From assembly GCF_009914755.1 (NCBI RefSeq), contig NC_060926.1: DNA of 64,000 bases; one strand, 5' to 3'. This DNA comes from the human T2T-CHM13v2.0 reference genome, Homo sapiens. The position numbers and the translations under genes were made by a program. Positions 1 to 13,564 of the stretch are shown here, in pieces (position 1 is the stretch's first letter; each line of letters starts with the position of its first letter). The notes under the pieces were generated by a model that saw nothing but the letters and a program-made list of their open reading frames with translations, was not told where the DNA came from and made no database searches.

Positions 1-2467
1 AAAATTCATCGAATTAAAGATAAAGAATCTCTTGTCATGCTAATTTATATTACCAACTTTAAAAAGCTATTCATGGACATTTATTAAACACTACATGCAC
101 ATTGTACAAGGTGTTGGGGGAAAAGCGACTAACAGAATCTAGGTAGTTCCTGCTTATGATAATTAATTTTATGTGCCACACTAATACACCACCCTCATAG
201 AAATTATAATATAGTGAATCTAATAGTGCCATTCAAAATCTTCAAAATGCAGGCTAAGGTGTTTATAGAATTAAAAATAAAGAATGAATAGGTTATGCTG
301 ACTCTTAATCAGTTGTCGGAATTTGAAATAAATTTAGAATGGAGAGCAGGACATTCAAAGCTGATCATACCATTAGGGAAAGGGCAGCATCGGCAAAATA
401 CCATACAGAATTTTAAAATTGTATACATGTAAAGGATGTGGTTCCTCAGAATGGATTTCTAGCATAATCCACAAGTTAAACCAGGAAGTCTGTTAAGTTA
501 TGTACTTTCTTTTCCTAGAGTATTTGTCAATCAATACCAATTGTTGTATATGCTGGAACATTCATTATATAGTAATTTAAAATTTATAAATTATTTTTAT
601 ACACATTTTATTTTATGACCCTAACAGCTTTTTGAGACAGGCAAAACAATAATTATTAGACATTTTTAGATAAACTTAATTTAGAGAGATTATCTTATTT
701 GCCCTTGTTTCTCAACTTGTGCATGTTAGAATAAAGACGTAAGTTCCTGGCGCCTAACAGCTCATGTTCTTTGTTTATGGTAGGCTAGCTTAGGTTTCCT
801 TCTATAACAAATGGGGTTCCTAATCATATATGGCTTCCAGCCATGCCACTTTGAGAATTCTTGATAGTTCTTGTGATTAATAATGGATAACCTATGTTTT
901 CTCTGGCATACATACACATGAATTATAAAGAGTATATTTTTGAATTAAAGCCCAATTAAAATATTGTACAAGACCTAGCTTCTTTCGAAACTGTATGGAA
1001 TTTAGGAAATCCCCATTTATATGCAAGAGGTTGTTCAAAGGCTTATTGTTCCAGGAAAATCACATAATTCTTTGAGATATCAATTTCTTACTAATATGCT
1101 CTCATGAGTACCATGAAGCCTCTCTGAAAACCATTCTTGTACAATACCAAAGTAAGGTCCTAAATTCTAGTGCAGATTCATAAAGGAAGTTTTAGAAGCA
1201 GTTATCTGACTCTAGCACCATTCAGTTAAGTCAAAAATACAAAAAAATGTATACAAGATGGATCAGTGTATAGAGGTCAGAGGATTCCATAAGGAGGGCT
1301 TCTTTGGAGGACGCTGTGCTTTGTATGGAAGTGTCTGCACCTTGCCTTAAGTCCAATGGAGACAAGAGAGTCTGCAACTGGATCATCTGGAGAGCCTAGA
1401 ATGTGTTACTTGCGATTGGAGACACTCAGGACCTGTGTTTGATGTATACCTGAGAAAGCCAAAGCAGCTAATGGCAGGGCAAAAATAGAAGGAGCAAGAT
1501 TCTATATTTAAAAAGTAACTACACTCTCAACATCAGGGAAGTCCAGGAATGTGAGCTGGATGGGAGTGAAAGTTGGCAGTCATTTTAAATATTACTCAAT
1601 AATGTAGCCAGGAAAAAAAATGGGACCCCAATAGGGAGGGACAGGTAGAGCCCCACATATAATATAGTCACTTATACAATTTCCAATCATAGTGTAATTT
1701 TCTTTTATTTTGTTCTGTAAAATTCAATATGACATTGTTTTTTCTAATACTTCAGATTTTTACATTTCATATTGTAAGTGGATGCATATTATTGTATGTG
1801 ATATTATATAGATGATTATTTACCTGTGCCTGGAAATTTAAATCGGTTCCTGTTGTTTTGGTTTAGATTCTTTTCTATTTATTTGTTTTTTTTTATTTTG
1901 CTGCTGTAAATAATCCTGATATTAACATATTTATTTATATAGCTATTTCTTACCTTTAAATCTCTTTTTCTTAAACTTTGTGAAATGTTTTCTATGTGTC
2001 AGTTCATATAATTGAATATTTTAAAGCATATACTTTGCTTATGACTAAAAGCTATGGTGTTGCAAAGATTTTTTTCATCCTTACATAATTGTAATGTGAG
2101 TGCTTTATGGTAGTGGCAAAACTTGTAACAATTTCTTATTGATTTTAATTATAATTAATTACTTTGTCATTAATGGTTTATATGCAGACAAAATCCTCAC
2201 TCTACAGTTTAGTATTACATGCAGTCAGGCAAACCAAAACACATATTAGATTTATATTTCTAATACAAAAACAAAGATATATTTCAGATAATGCTATGTA
2301 TCTAGAAAATATAGGAATGTTGACTACAAAAACTGTAGAAAGTTTATTAAAATAAGTTATATAAGCTTTCTATGCATACAATATACTGTCATTCTTTTCT
2401 TTTTGACTATTTTAAAATTTCATTTGTATTTTCAAAATTAATGCCCATAATTTATATAAAATTCATG

Positions 2468-2531
2468 TACATGCATATAATTATACATATGTTCAAACAT
2501 ACATGCATATAAATATACATATGTTCAAACA
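2468..2531. repeat. 32-bp tandem duplication (2 copies)
   Basis: tacatgcatataa[t/a]tatacatatgttcaaaca occurs twice head-to-tail with 1 mismatch. Confidence 0.9.
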
Positions 2532-2640
2532 TGTATATATCGTTATGTAGGGAGCATACAATTTATGATATTAAAATTCTTTTACATCATAAGAAACAGC
2601 ATTTTTTGTCACCCTTTACCAATGAGATTTCATTGTTGTG

Positions 2641-2958
2641 TTTTTGTTTTGTTTTGTTTTGTTTTTGAGACAGAATCTCACCCTGTCGCCCAGGCTAAAG
2701 TGCAATGGCACCATCTCAGCTCACTGCAACCACCACCTCCCAGGTTCAAACCATTCCCCTGCCTCAGCCTCCTGAGTAGCTGGGATTACAGGTGCCCACC
2801 ACCACACCCAGCTATATATATATATTTTTTTCGTATTTTTAGTAGAGACAGGGTTTCACTATGTTGGCCAGGCTGGTCTCAAACTCCTGACCTCGTGGTC
2901 TGCCCACCTCGGCCTCCCAAAGTGCAGGGATTACAGGCATGAGCCACCGCTCCCGGCC
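2641..2958 (-). mobile_element. AluS (Sg/Sc-like) SINE
   Basis: Reverse Alu: (TTTTG)n tail, gagacagaatctc...gagccaccgctcccggcc; short 'gacctcgtg' variant; (TA)n in the linker. Confidence 0.93.
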
Positions 2959-3925
2959 ACCACCTAGATTTCTCTCACCAAAAGAAACTGGGCTTAAGGA
3001 GGAAAAAGAAGAAATTATAATGTATATTGGAATTCTTACTATCAACACCATATTTTATATAAATACATTCCTATTAATGAGCAATTAACCAGTCGAAGCC
3101 TAAGAAAGATGAACTATTCCCTATGTATTTTTTTTTCTGTTTTTGTGATGCTGTATAACAGATGGAATTTTATGTCATGATGCATTAGTATACTGTTAAA
3201 TTTTAATTTCAATTAATGATCTTTATACTTTTATGCACATGAGGGATATTTTAGGCATTCATTTCCCTTCTAATTAGCTTTTATTGCTGAATTCATTCTG
3301 AATCAGGAAGTCATTAAATGCTAAAACATTCACAGCTGAATTTACTTATCCCTAATAAAATAAATTAGTCCTTTGAACAAAGAAATGTAAAATTTTTATT
3401 TAACCAACCTAGATTTAAATTGGGTACACACACTCACACAAACACACAAATGTATACACACACACATATACACACAATATTTCCCTGAACAGAATTCTGA
3501 TCATATTGTCTGGCAATGGCCATATAGAATTCATTGGATACTCATTTTCTATTATTTCCTATTTTTTGCATGTTTCAAGAACATCTTAATGTTCCCTGAA
3601 AATATAATACACTGTCATAGCTTTGAGCCTTTGTTCTCCTGTGGGAGAAAGTATTTCTCTTCTTTTTTTATTTAACCAACTTCTAACCACACATCCAGAT
3701 CCAGTTTTAACAATTTTTAGATGTGAAAACTTGACATAGAAACAAAACTATTATAAAAGAGATTTGATGATGTAAATCTCTTAAGCTTCTAAAATTTATT
3801 GCAAAGAGTAAAATACCGAAAGAGTCAGAGATAAGTTAATCAAAAACAAGTTACTTAAAAATTAAATTTATGAAACAGTTTAAATGGAACAAAGTAGCAT
3901 CCCTTTAAATAAAATAACCACTCTA

Positions 3926-4290
<365 letters not shown>

Positions 4291-4368
4291 AAAAACCACT
4301 CCAACTATACTAGTGAAATTTTCCTATATAGCCTCTTGGGCCATTTTTTTTTTCTAAAAAGCAGGGTC

Positions 4369-4754
<386 letters not shown>

Positions 4755-5274
4755 TCATAAAATCTGAATGAAACTCTGCAATAATTTACATTTGAAAAGA
4801 CCTTCCCAATTGATTTAAATAATCAGTCACATTTAGAAACCAGTTTTCCTAGACAAGATTTAATAAACAAATAATAAATACATAGTCATTAAAAACTAAT
4901 CATCCCATAAATAAATTTCCAAAGAGGTGATCCTATATAGTTTAGATTACTTAAAGAGATTCAATTATTTACTTTTCTAAACATTGTTCCAAATTGTATT
5001 GTATTTTACCTTCCTTTTTATTCTTTATTCATTGAACATTTATATTATAGTTCCAGGTTCTTAAGGTATTAACATGAAATAAACACAAATGCACCTGGAA
5101 TCTTATACTCTAGAATAAGTGTATAGAAGGCAAAGGTTATCAAAATAGCATTTAAAATGCTTTGCAAGATTCAAAATTACTAATTCAATGCTATTCAGCA
5201 GATATTTTTTGAGTTACTTCTTAACTGTCTCCCTGTACTGAGTGTTAGGTAGATAGGAGATTCTAAGACAGTCA

Positions 5275-5680
5275 TTTGTTAGTTTTTCCGTTACTATAAA
5301 GAAATAACTGAAGCTGGGTAATTTACAAAGAAATGAGGTTTTAGTTTGGCTCATGTATCTTCAGCTATATAGGAAGCATGGTGCCAGCATTTTCTTCTGG
5401 TGTGGGCCTCAAGAAGCTTCCAATCAGGGCAGAAAACGATGGGGAGCTGGCACATCACATAGTGAGAGCCGGAACAAGAGAGAGAAAAGAGGTGCCATCC
5501 ACTTTGAAGCAACTAGATCTTGAGTGAACTCAGAGCAAGAACTCACTAATCACTGAAGGGATGGCACTAAACCATTCATGAAGGACCTGCCCTCATGATC
5601 CCATCACCTCCCACAAAGCCCCAAATTCAACATTGGGAATCACATGAGATTTGGATGGAACAAACAGCCTAACCTTACCA
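5275..5680 (-). mobile_element. MaLR solo LTR (MSTB-like)
   Basis: ctgggtaatttacaaagaaatgagg...ggaagcatggtgccagcat...aaccattcatgaagga...catgagatttgga, typical MST LTR motifs. Confidence 0.8.
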
Positions 5681-5814
5681 GTCTGAAGGATCCTGTCCCC
5701 AGCAGTTTATAGCCACATAATAATTTCAATAAAGTGAGCTAAGAGTTTTGATAAGGGAACGTTTAAAGTCTCATTGTAAGTAATAGCAATCAGGCAGGAA
5801 ATTCAAATTTAGAA

Positions 5815-5995
5815 GATAGCTGTGGTTGTTAATTCTGGCTGTACACAGAATAACCCAAAATGCTTTCAGTAACCTCAAGGACCAGTCTTCAACCCAGATC
5901 AATTAAATCACAATATTTCCTTTTAGGATCCAGGTATTAGTATTTATTAAAGTTCCCAAGTGTTTTCAATGTGCAACCAATAAGAAAATCTATTG
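5815..5995. mobile_element. Degraded MER5-like hAT-Charlie MITE
   Basis: ccagatcaattaaatcac...ttcccaagtgttttcaatgtgcaacca resembles the MER5 core. Confidence 0.5.
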
Positions 5996-6537
5996 GTTAG
6001 CGATGACATTCTAGAAGATAGTATTTTTTGTCTGATTGTTCATATAAATAGTAGTCAAACTAAGGGAAAAGGTGAAGTCAGGTGGGGGCAGAGGATCAGG
6101 ATGTTATTCAGGAAGAAGAAAAATTATTGCATGACTTATGGATTTGAAAATTGAAAGATATCAATAAAGTTTAATGCAATAGAGATGATTCCTTGATAGA
6201 ATAAAAGAAAAGAAACTATAGGATCTGGTAAATTACATTGACGTAAAATATTTAAATTTATCTCAAAGGTAGAGAAATCTCAAATATTTCTGTGCTTAAG
6301 AAACACTTAGGAATCTTTCCGAAAGCATAATTTTCTGGGTCCGCATGTCCCAGAGATTGCGATTTCTTAGGTCTGCAGTTGAAAACAGAAATGTTTATTT
6401 TTAATAAATACTCCTACATTATTTTGACATAAGTCGTGTAACAACAATTTAGAGAAACAAGAAGGGGAATACAATTCAGATTTGCTATTTAGAAAGATTC
6501 TTAGGGGGTATAAAATGAATTTGAGAAGCTCAGTGCT

Positions 6538-6825
6538 CAATTCCCACCTATGAGTGAGAACATGCGGTGTTTGGTTTTTTGTCCTTGTGATAGTTTGCTG
6601 AGAACAATGAGAACACTTGGACACAGGAAGGGGAACATCACACACCGGGGCCTGTCATGGGAAGGGGGGGAGTGGGGAGGGATAGCATTAGGAGATATAC
6701 CTAATGTAAATGACGAGTTAATGGGTGCAGCACACCTACATGGCACATGTATATATATGTAACAAACCTGCAAGTTGTGCACATGTACCCTAGAACTTAA
6801 AGTATAAAAAAAAAAAAAAAAAAAA
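6538..6825 (+). mobile_element. L1PA (PA3-5-like) 3' end with inverted 5' segment
   Basis: 6538-6604 is the reverse complement of the L1 sequence immediately upstream of 6604-6805; poly(A) tail; TSD gaga[a/c]gctcagtgct at 6523-6537 and 6832-6846. Confidence 0.93.
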
Positions 6826-7452
6826 CGGACAGAGACGCTCAGTGCTAGACTCAGAGATACCAATGTGTCCCTAGGGATTGTTGCAATAGCTTAAGCAAGA
6901 AGGGACTAAAGAGGGGATTTTGATTGGTGGCAATGGAGATGAAGAACATTTTACTTTTGTGGTGATTTTTTCAATCTTTTTTATATTTTATGTTTTTTGT
7001 TTCTAATGTGAATCAACGTTTTTTTAAAAAACTGAAGCAATGTAAGTACTAAAACAGTTTCCTTGGTATTATCTCTTATTTGTCGTTTTTACCTTTATTA
7101 TGAACTATATGTTCAATGCTTAGTTTTCTCTTAAGGACAACTATTTAATTATCTAAGGGCCAATTGTCTTGCTAATTGATTACCAGATCCTTTGCTGCTT
7201 ATATGTCAGTAGTCCTCAGAATTTATAAAGTTGGCTAGACACGGAAGGAAAAATATATGAATTGTACATTAACAAGCTTAGCATGTTTGCTCTCTCTTAC
7301 ACCTTAACCTTACACATTAAATAGATAGAATGCTAAATGCCATTTATTAATTGTTTTTGTTTAATTAAAACTAAAATGTTCATTATCACACACAGCATCT
7401 TACTTCTAAGAAGTAATTTTTAAGTAAGTTTTAATTTTATTCTCTACCTATA

Positions 7453-7798
7453 TGTATTAGTTCATTTGCATGCTGCTGATAAAGACAGCAGATATTGGGT
7501 AAATTTATAAAGAAAAAGAGGTTTAATGGACTCACAGTTCCATGTGGCTGGGGAGGCCTCACAATCATGGTGGAAGGTGAAAGGCACATCTTATATGGTG
7601 GCAGGCAAGAGAGAACAAGAATCAAGCAAAAAGGGTTTCCCCTAAGATCTCATGAGACTTACTACCATGAGAACAGTATGAGGGAAACTGCCCCCATGAT
7701 TCAATGATCTCCCACTGGGTTCCTCCCACAACACATGGGAATTATGGGAGCTACAATTCAAGAAGAGATTTGGGTGGGGACACAGCCGAACCATATCA
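7453..7798 (-). mobile_element. THE1 (B/C-like) solo LTR
   Basis: tgtattagt...gactcacagttccatgtggctggggaggcctcacaatcatgg...gtggggacacagccgaaccatatca; 5-bp TSD ctata/ctatc. Confidence 0.92.
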
Positions 7799-8314
7799 CT
7801 ATCCGAGCACACATCTTAGTTTTGCATAAAGCATTTAATGTTCTAAAAATTAGTGCTTAAATTTACCACACATGACGTGAGCCCTCAATTTCTTTGTAGA
7901 GCAAATGATGATAAATATGTTATTGAATACCTCCTTTGTAAAAGGTATTTTTCCTATACCTGAAAAAAGAAAAACAGCTCAGAGCAGTCTGTGTTCTGTG
8001 AGGTGTAAAAAATGCATGAGGTCCAGAGAGATAAGAGTATGGGACTTCAGCCACACCTCCCACACACAAGCCTGGGATCAACTGTTTAAAGACGTTTTGT
8101 TTCTGTTTAGTTGCCTCACCCATTTTCTTCATAATCCTGGAATTTGTGATACCAAAAATATGTATAGTCAATCATTAGCTTATGGTATTGTAATATAAAT
8201 TCTTGGTAAATAACTTAGGAACTGCCTCTTCTTTTACTGTTAAAACCTACATTCAACTGCTGTAATTAGAATGTATATTCAGGGCTACTTGAGTTTATAC
8301 TCCTGAGTTGCAAT

Positions 8315-9060
8315 TGAGAAATAAAAATAAATTATAAGTCCCCCAACTAACTGGATGGAATGTCTCTTGGTCAAGGAGATCCCAGAAAAACCTTAAAAAC
8401 AGAGTTCATGGCCATGACAGGATATATTGGTCATACTTTGGTATGCCCCTTTCTTAATAACCTTTAACCAGAGTTCTTTCTTAAGGAGTAAGCAGAAACC
8501 ACCTTTGGAAAACAAGAAATGGATGACTCGTTCCTTCATCACTTTAAACCAATCATCTAAGGCTGAGACCAGATCCCCTCTCCTTCTTTGCAGTTTGGAT
8601 GTGACAGCTCACCAGTTTCACAAGACACCCTTCCTAAAAACTGACCACCATCTCAGGACTGGCTTTGGCTGGTTCAAAGAGCAAGTGCAGTGAGAAATTT
8701 TGTGTCCTCTACATCACCTTTTGATGTCAGAGGGCTGAAAATTCCACCCTTGAATTCTGCTAATGCTGCCAGTTTTTGAACATGTAACCCTCGAAGAGGC
8801 ATGAAGCTCAATTGCCAGCACGTTTCCACTTTCATAAATATTCATGACTTCTTCTATAGCTTATTGAATATGTATACTTAGCCAACTCGTTCAGCATAAA
8901 TTCCTGTCTTTTCCTTCCCTCTCTTGAAGTGCTTGCTCTTGGTGTCTACAGAGGCTGTGTTTCCCAGCCTGCTGGATGGCTAGCCTGCAGGCTGCAATCC
9001 TTTATGAGAAACAAAACTCTCTTTTCCAGATTTACGGTCCTCATCATTGTTCAGCTGACA
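8315..9060 (+). mobile_element. MER39-like ERV1 solo LTR (nested)
   Basis: Starts tgagaaataaaaataaa..cccccaac, ends cagctgaca; exact 4-bp TSD caat at 8311-8314 and 9061-9064. Confidence 0.8.
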
Positions 9061-9115
9061 CAATCTTCAAGCTTGGTCTCAATAAATTCTTTACCGTATT
9101 ACTTTTGCCTCAGCA

Positions 9116-9464
<349 letters not shown>

Positions 9465-9602
9465 AGCTTTTTTTCTTCTAGGTCAACATATCTGATACTA
9501 TACATAATAAAATTTTAGTAAAGAGAAAGGGTAAAACAACTAATAAAATGAGAATTTTAGCTTAGTTATTTATTTTATAATTGCAGGTCTTTTTTTTTCT
9601 TT

Positions 9603-9651
9603 TTCTGAGACTAGGCGAGATCGAGTGAATTCAGGGTGGATGGTCATGGAC
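9603..9651 (-). pseudogene. 5S rRNA retropseudogene fragment (nt ~1-50)
   Basis: Reverse complement gtccatgaccat-ccaccctgaattcactcgatctcgcctagtctcagaa aligns by eye (~75% identity) to the 5S 5' end GTCTACGGCCATACCACCCTGAACGCGCCCGATCTCGTCTGATCTCGGAA; flanked by caggt[c/t]tttttttt direct repeats. Confidence 0.8.
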
Positions 9652-11489
9652 CAGGTTTTTTTTTTTTTTTTTTCCATCACCATAGATGATAACCTGTCTC
9701 TCCATGTCTGATTGAACTTTTATTTATTTTCTTTTTAATAGTAAAGATTCTGTATTAGCTGCAACTTATTTTGACTTTGGTCCTCCTGATGCTGTCCACA
9801 TATTCTTGAACTATACTTGCCTACTTATCTTTGAGATGTCCCCATAACTAATCTTTAAAAAGTTCACACTTTATTCAAATAATCTACCAAGTGACTCTTT
9901 TATATTTTATTTCCATAGGTATAGTTTATGTCTTTGCCCTTATTATTACCTCTTAGAAACTGGCAGTTTCCAATTTTGCTATAGACTTCTGTCAATGTGT
10001 TCTTTCTTACTACTTGTATGAGCTTGCTGATGCATAGGTTTTTAAAGTCCATTTTCTTGGTTTTTTCATTCCCTTCCAAATCATGATCATTATCTCCTAA
10101 ATTGCTTTCCACTATTACCTTTTCAGCATATGAAATATAGGTAATGAAAAGCATTGCTATAGCATTTGGTCATCTAGTTTGAAATTTAGGGTCTTTAGAA
10201 AAGTTTTAATAGTTGAAAGTAGTATTCTGTTTGTAATTTGACAATTTATTTTAAAACTGTTTCAAAATATGTTCAAATGATTTAAAGGTGATCCATTTAT
10301 TTGGCAACATGTTTCTTTGGGTGCCTAAACTTACTGAAATAATCACCTTATTTAAGAATTTTTAGGAAAACTGTTCAATCTAGGTTGGATATTTCAGTAT
10401 GTTTAAAAAAGTGTTTCCATCTATCTGTCCCCATCTATCTGTTTGTTTTGGGTCAGTGTTCCTCTTCATTTTTATTGTTTTCCTATTAGAAATCTTACTG
10501 TGTTTATCAATCAGTTATGTCATTTTTTAGTATTTAGATATAAATGTTATTCACTATAACCTCTATGCAGTTTACAGTGTAATAATACTCTAATAAAGTT
10601 AATATCGATCTGTATATTGATAATGACAAACTAACAGGTAACAGATGGTGCTCATTTATGATGTTTTGAAAAGTGAAACCCATTTTCTATAGGTTTGGAT
10701 TTTAAACCCCCAAAATCTTTCAGAAATCACCTACTTAAAAAAACCATCTGCTATACGTACATTATTTCCTAAGTACTTATATTCTTTCTCATATCTAAAA
10801 CATGCCTGCACATCAGCATACCTTTATACAGCCAATGACAGACTTTATTTTCAAAAACTGCCATATGTTTGTGAAAGCATTTTGAGTCAAAATACAAAAT
10901 TGCAACAAATTTAGTTTTAAAGAATCTTAATTGGCTTTTATTTGTGATTCCAGAATTGGGCAACATCTCACTCCATAAAATAGAACAAGTATTCCAATGA
11001 GCTGAACAGAAGTTGGCTTTACAGGCGGAAAATAGCTGCAAAAAAGAGAGACAGAGAACAAAATGCCAATTTGTCTGTTATAGTTACTTTTCTCTTAGTA
11101 TTAAAACAATGGGGATTTCCTTATTACACTGACTCAGGTTGATTGGAATCTCCTGTTTTAATTGATCCATTTCAAAGTTCAGTTTGATTACTTGGCATGT
11201 AGCACAAGTGATAGTCCTCAGGTTCAGTCTAGTCTACTGAAGCCTAGTGCGAGAAGCTAGTCTAAAACAATGGCCTCCCATAAACGTTCTTTAATATGAG
11301 GTTAAGAATAGGAATCTTGAAATATGCTTTCAATTATTGTTTTAAGTTAAAAAATAATATTTGTTATGAAAAATATTACCTTGGGTAATGTTGACAAAAT
11401 TACTTGGGTATTTTTGGTTTAAACAAATTATTGGAACTGTGACAATATTAAACTTAACCCAAGCCACGTGTTTCTGGAAAGTAGCAGTA

Positions 11490-12084
11490 GTTAAGAGAGG
11501 AAACTTCTCACCCGAAACTTTTTGTCTTCCATACAATGGCTTACCACAAAGAACCAGCTCTCTTCAAATGACTTAGATAGCATTTACTCATGTCCCTTTT
11601 TTATGTATGAAAAGGCCAGACACACATCCTGGAAAATACCATTCTTTGTCTTACAAATAATTAGCTGATCTGTTTATTCCCCTTAACTCAATCTGGACAA
11701 AATATCTGTTAACTTGACTTTGACCAACTCTTACTTAGTCTTATCTCCCCCCCGGCCCCTGAACTTGACGACTCTTAATCTAAGCCAGCATCAGAATGTA
11801 AAACAACCCCTCTCTAAAGCCCCTCCTAAGAATTGGCTGACTACAAAGACATTTTCTGGTCAATAATTTGATCACACCACCCACCCACTCCCACAGTAGG
11901 ATTCTTTTTAGCCTGTTTTCTCTGTCTGACCTTTGAAACACTTACTAGTCTCACAGTTGGAGGTTGGGGGGTCCTGTTGCAACAGTCCACCTCCCCTAAT
12001 GCAATAGCTGCCATTCCCTTATTGCAGTAATCCTTTAGAATAAAGTCTCTCTAAGTCCAAAGTTCAGATTTGTTTTCATTTGAT
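11490..12084 (+). mobile_element. ERV1 solo LTR (MER67-like)
   Basis: 3' end aataaagtctctctaagtcc...cagatttgttttcatttgata and LTR-like body; 5' boundary approximate. Confidence 0.55.
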
Positions 12085-12246
12085 AAATGTAACAACAAGA
12101 GGCATAAGAAATTCTCGCTTAAATGGACTCTGAATATGTTTGAGCCCAACATGTGGACATAGATATTTGTTAACTCTCAAAACTAATTTTGTGAGCTAGA
12201 GAGACGCTATGTGCATAAGTGTGTTTGGCAGGGGTGGGGCAAGGGG

Positions 12247-12283
12247 GTGTGTGTGTATGTTTGTGTGTGTGTGTGTGTGTGTG
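12247..12283. repeat. (TG)n microsatellite
   Basis: Direct reading. Confidence 0.9.
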
Positions 12284-12745
12284 GAAAACAGGCACTTTAT
12301 TTCTAAATAAATGCTGGAAAAATACATTATATAACATACTGAAGAAAAATAGTTATATAATTACCTAAGATATTGGTTTCTGTTTATATTATTTGTGATT
12401 TGAAGAGAATTTGCGACTTAAGTACAAAGTAAAAAATGGTGAATATTCAATTAAGAAAGGGAAAAGAAAGAAAAAGAAAAGCAAAAGATCTAGACTTTCA
12501 GAAGCCCACAGAATATTGGAAAGACAAATTAAATAAACAGGTGCTTATAATAACTTACAATTAAATGAGAATATATAATAATTTACTTTTTGTCCATTAT
12601 AGAGTTAGAGGCTTTGATATTATATAACTCAAGGGAGAGTTAGGATAGATGGCATTGATATATCAGAAAAGAAAACTAACAAAGTAAGAAAAGGGAAGGA
12701 GAGATTTCAGGAAAGACATTCAAGGCTCACAGAAATCTTGTATAA

Positions 12746-13018
12746 GGTGGCTGACACCTGTAATGCCAGCACTTTGGGAGGCCGAGGCGGGCAGATCACG
12801 AAGTCAAGAGTTCGAGAAGAGCCTGACCAACAGGGGTTTAGTGAAACCCCGTCTCTACTAAAAATACAAAAATTAGCTGGGTGTGATTGCACGTACTTGT
12901 AATCCCAACTACTCAGGAAGCTGAGGTGGGAGAATCGCTTGAACCCAGGAGGCGGAGGTTGCAGGGAGCCTCTGCACTCCAGCCTGGGTGACAGAGCGAG
13001 ACACTGTCTCACAAAAAG
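12746..13018 (+). mobile_element. AluS (Sg-like), slightly 5'-truncated, with small indels
   Basis: ggtggctgacacctgtaat...gatcacgaagtcaagagttcgag...gagcgagacactgtctc. Confidence 0.9.
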
Positions 13019-13404
13019 AAATATATATATAATATAGTATATATATGTTATATAAATATATATTATTATTACATAAATATAATATATTATTATTACATAA
13101 ATATGTATTATAATTATATAAATATAATATATTATATAATATATTATATTATATATTATATAAATAATATAAATAATATATAAAATAATATATAATATAA
13201 TATATATTATATATTATATATTATATAAATATAAATATATTGTAAGATAATATATATTATATTATAATATATAACATATAATAATATATATTATATAACA
13301 TATAATAAATATTATAATATATAACATATAATATATAATATATAATAATATATAATATATATTATATAACAAATATATAGTTTTGTGTGTGTATATATAT
13401 ATAT
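13019..13404. repeat. Long AT-rich (TA/TAA/TATAA)n low-complexity tract
   Basis: About 385 bp of almost only A/T directly after the Alu tail. Confidence 0.95.
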
Positions 13405-13564
13405 ATTTGTTTGAGGAAAGATAGAGAAATTGTGCTCCTGTTATCTTCAATATAGTTTCTCTATTGTTCAAGACTAAAATACACAGAAAGCGGTTTCAGA
13501 AATTCTAGTCCCTAGCACTATGAAAAGCACCTTTATTGTTTATAATTAAATATGTTTATAGATT

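Noticed and set aside
2565-2942. 125-aa ORF and similar ORFs containing LQPPPP/SWDYR/WSQTPDL
   Set aside because: These are standard antisense-Alu translations.
6659-6681. G-quadruplex-like motif
   Set aside because: It is the ordinary G-rich tract of the L1PA 3'UTR.
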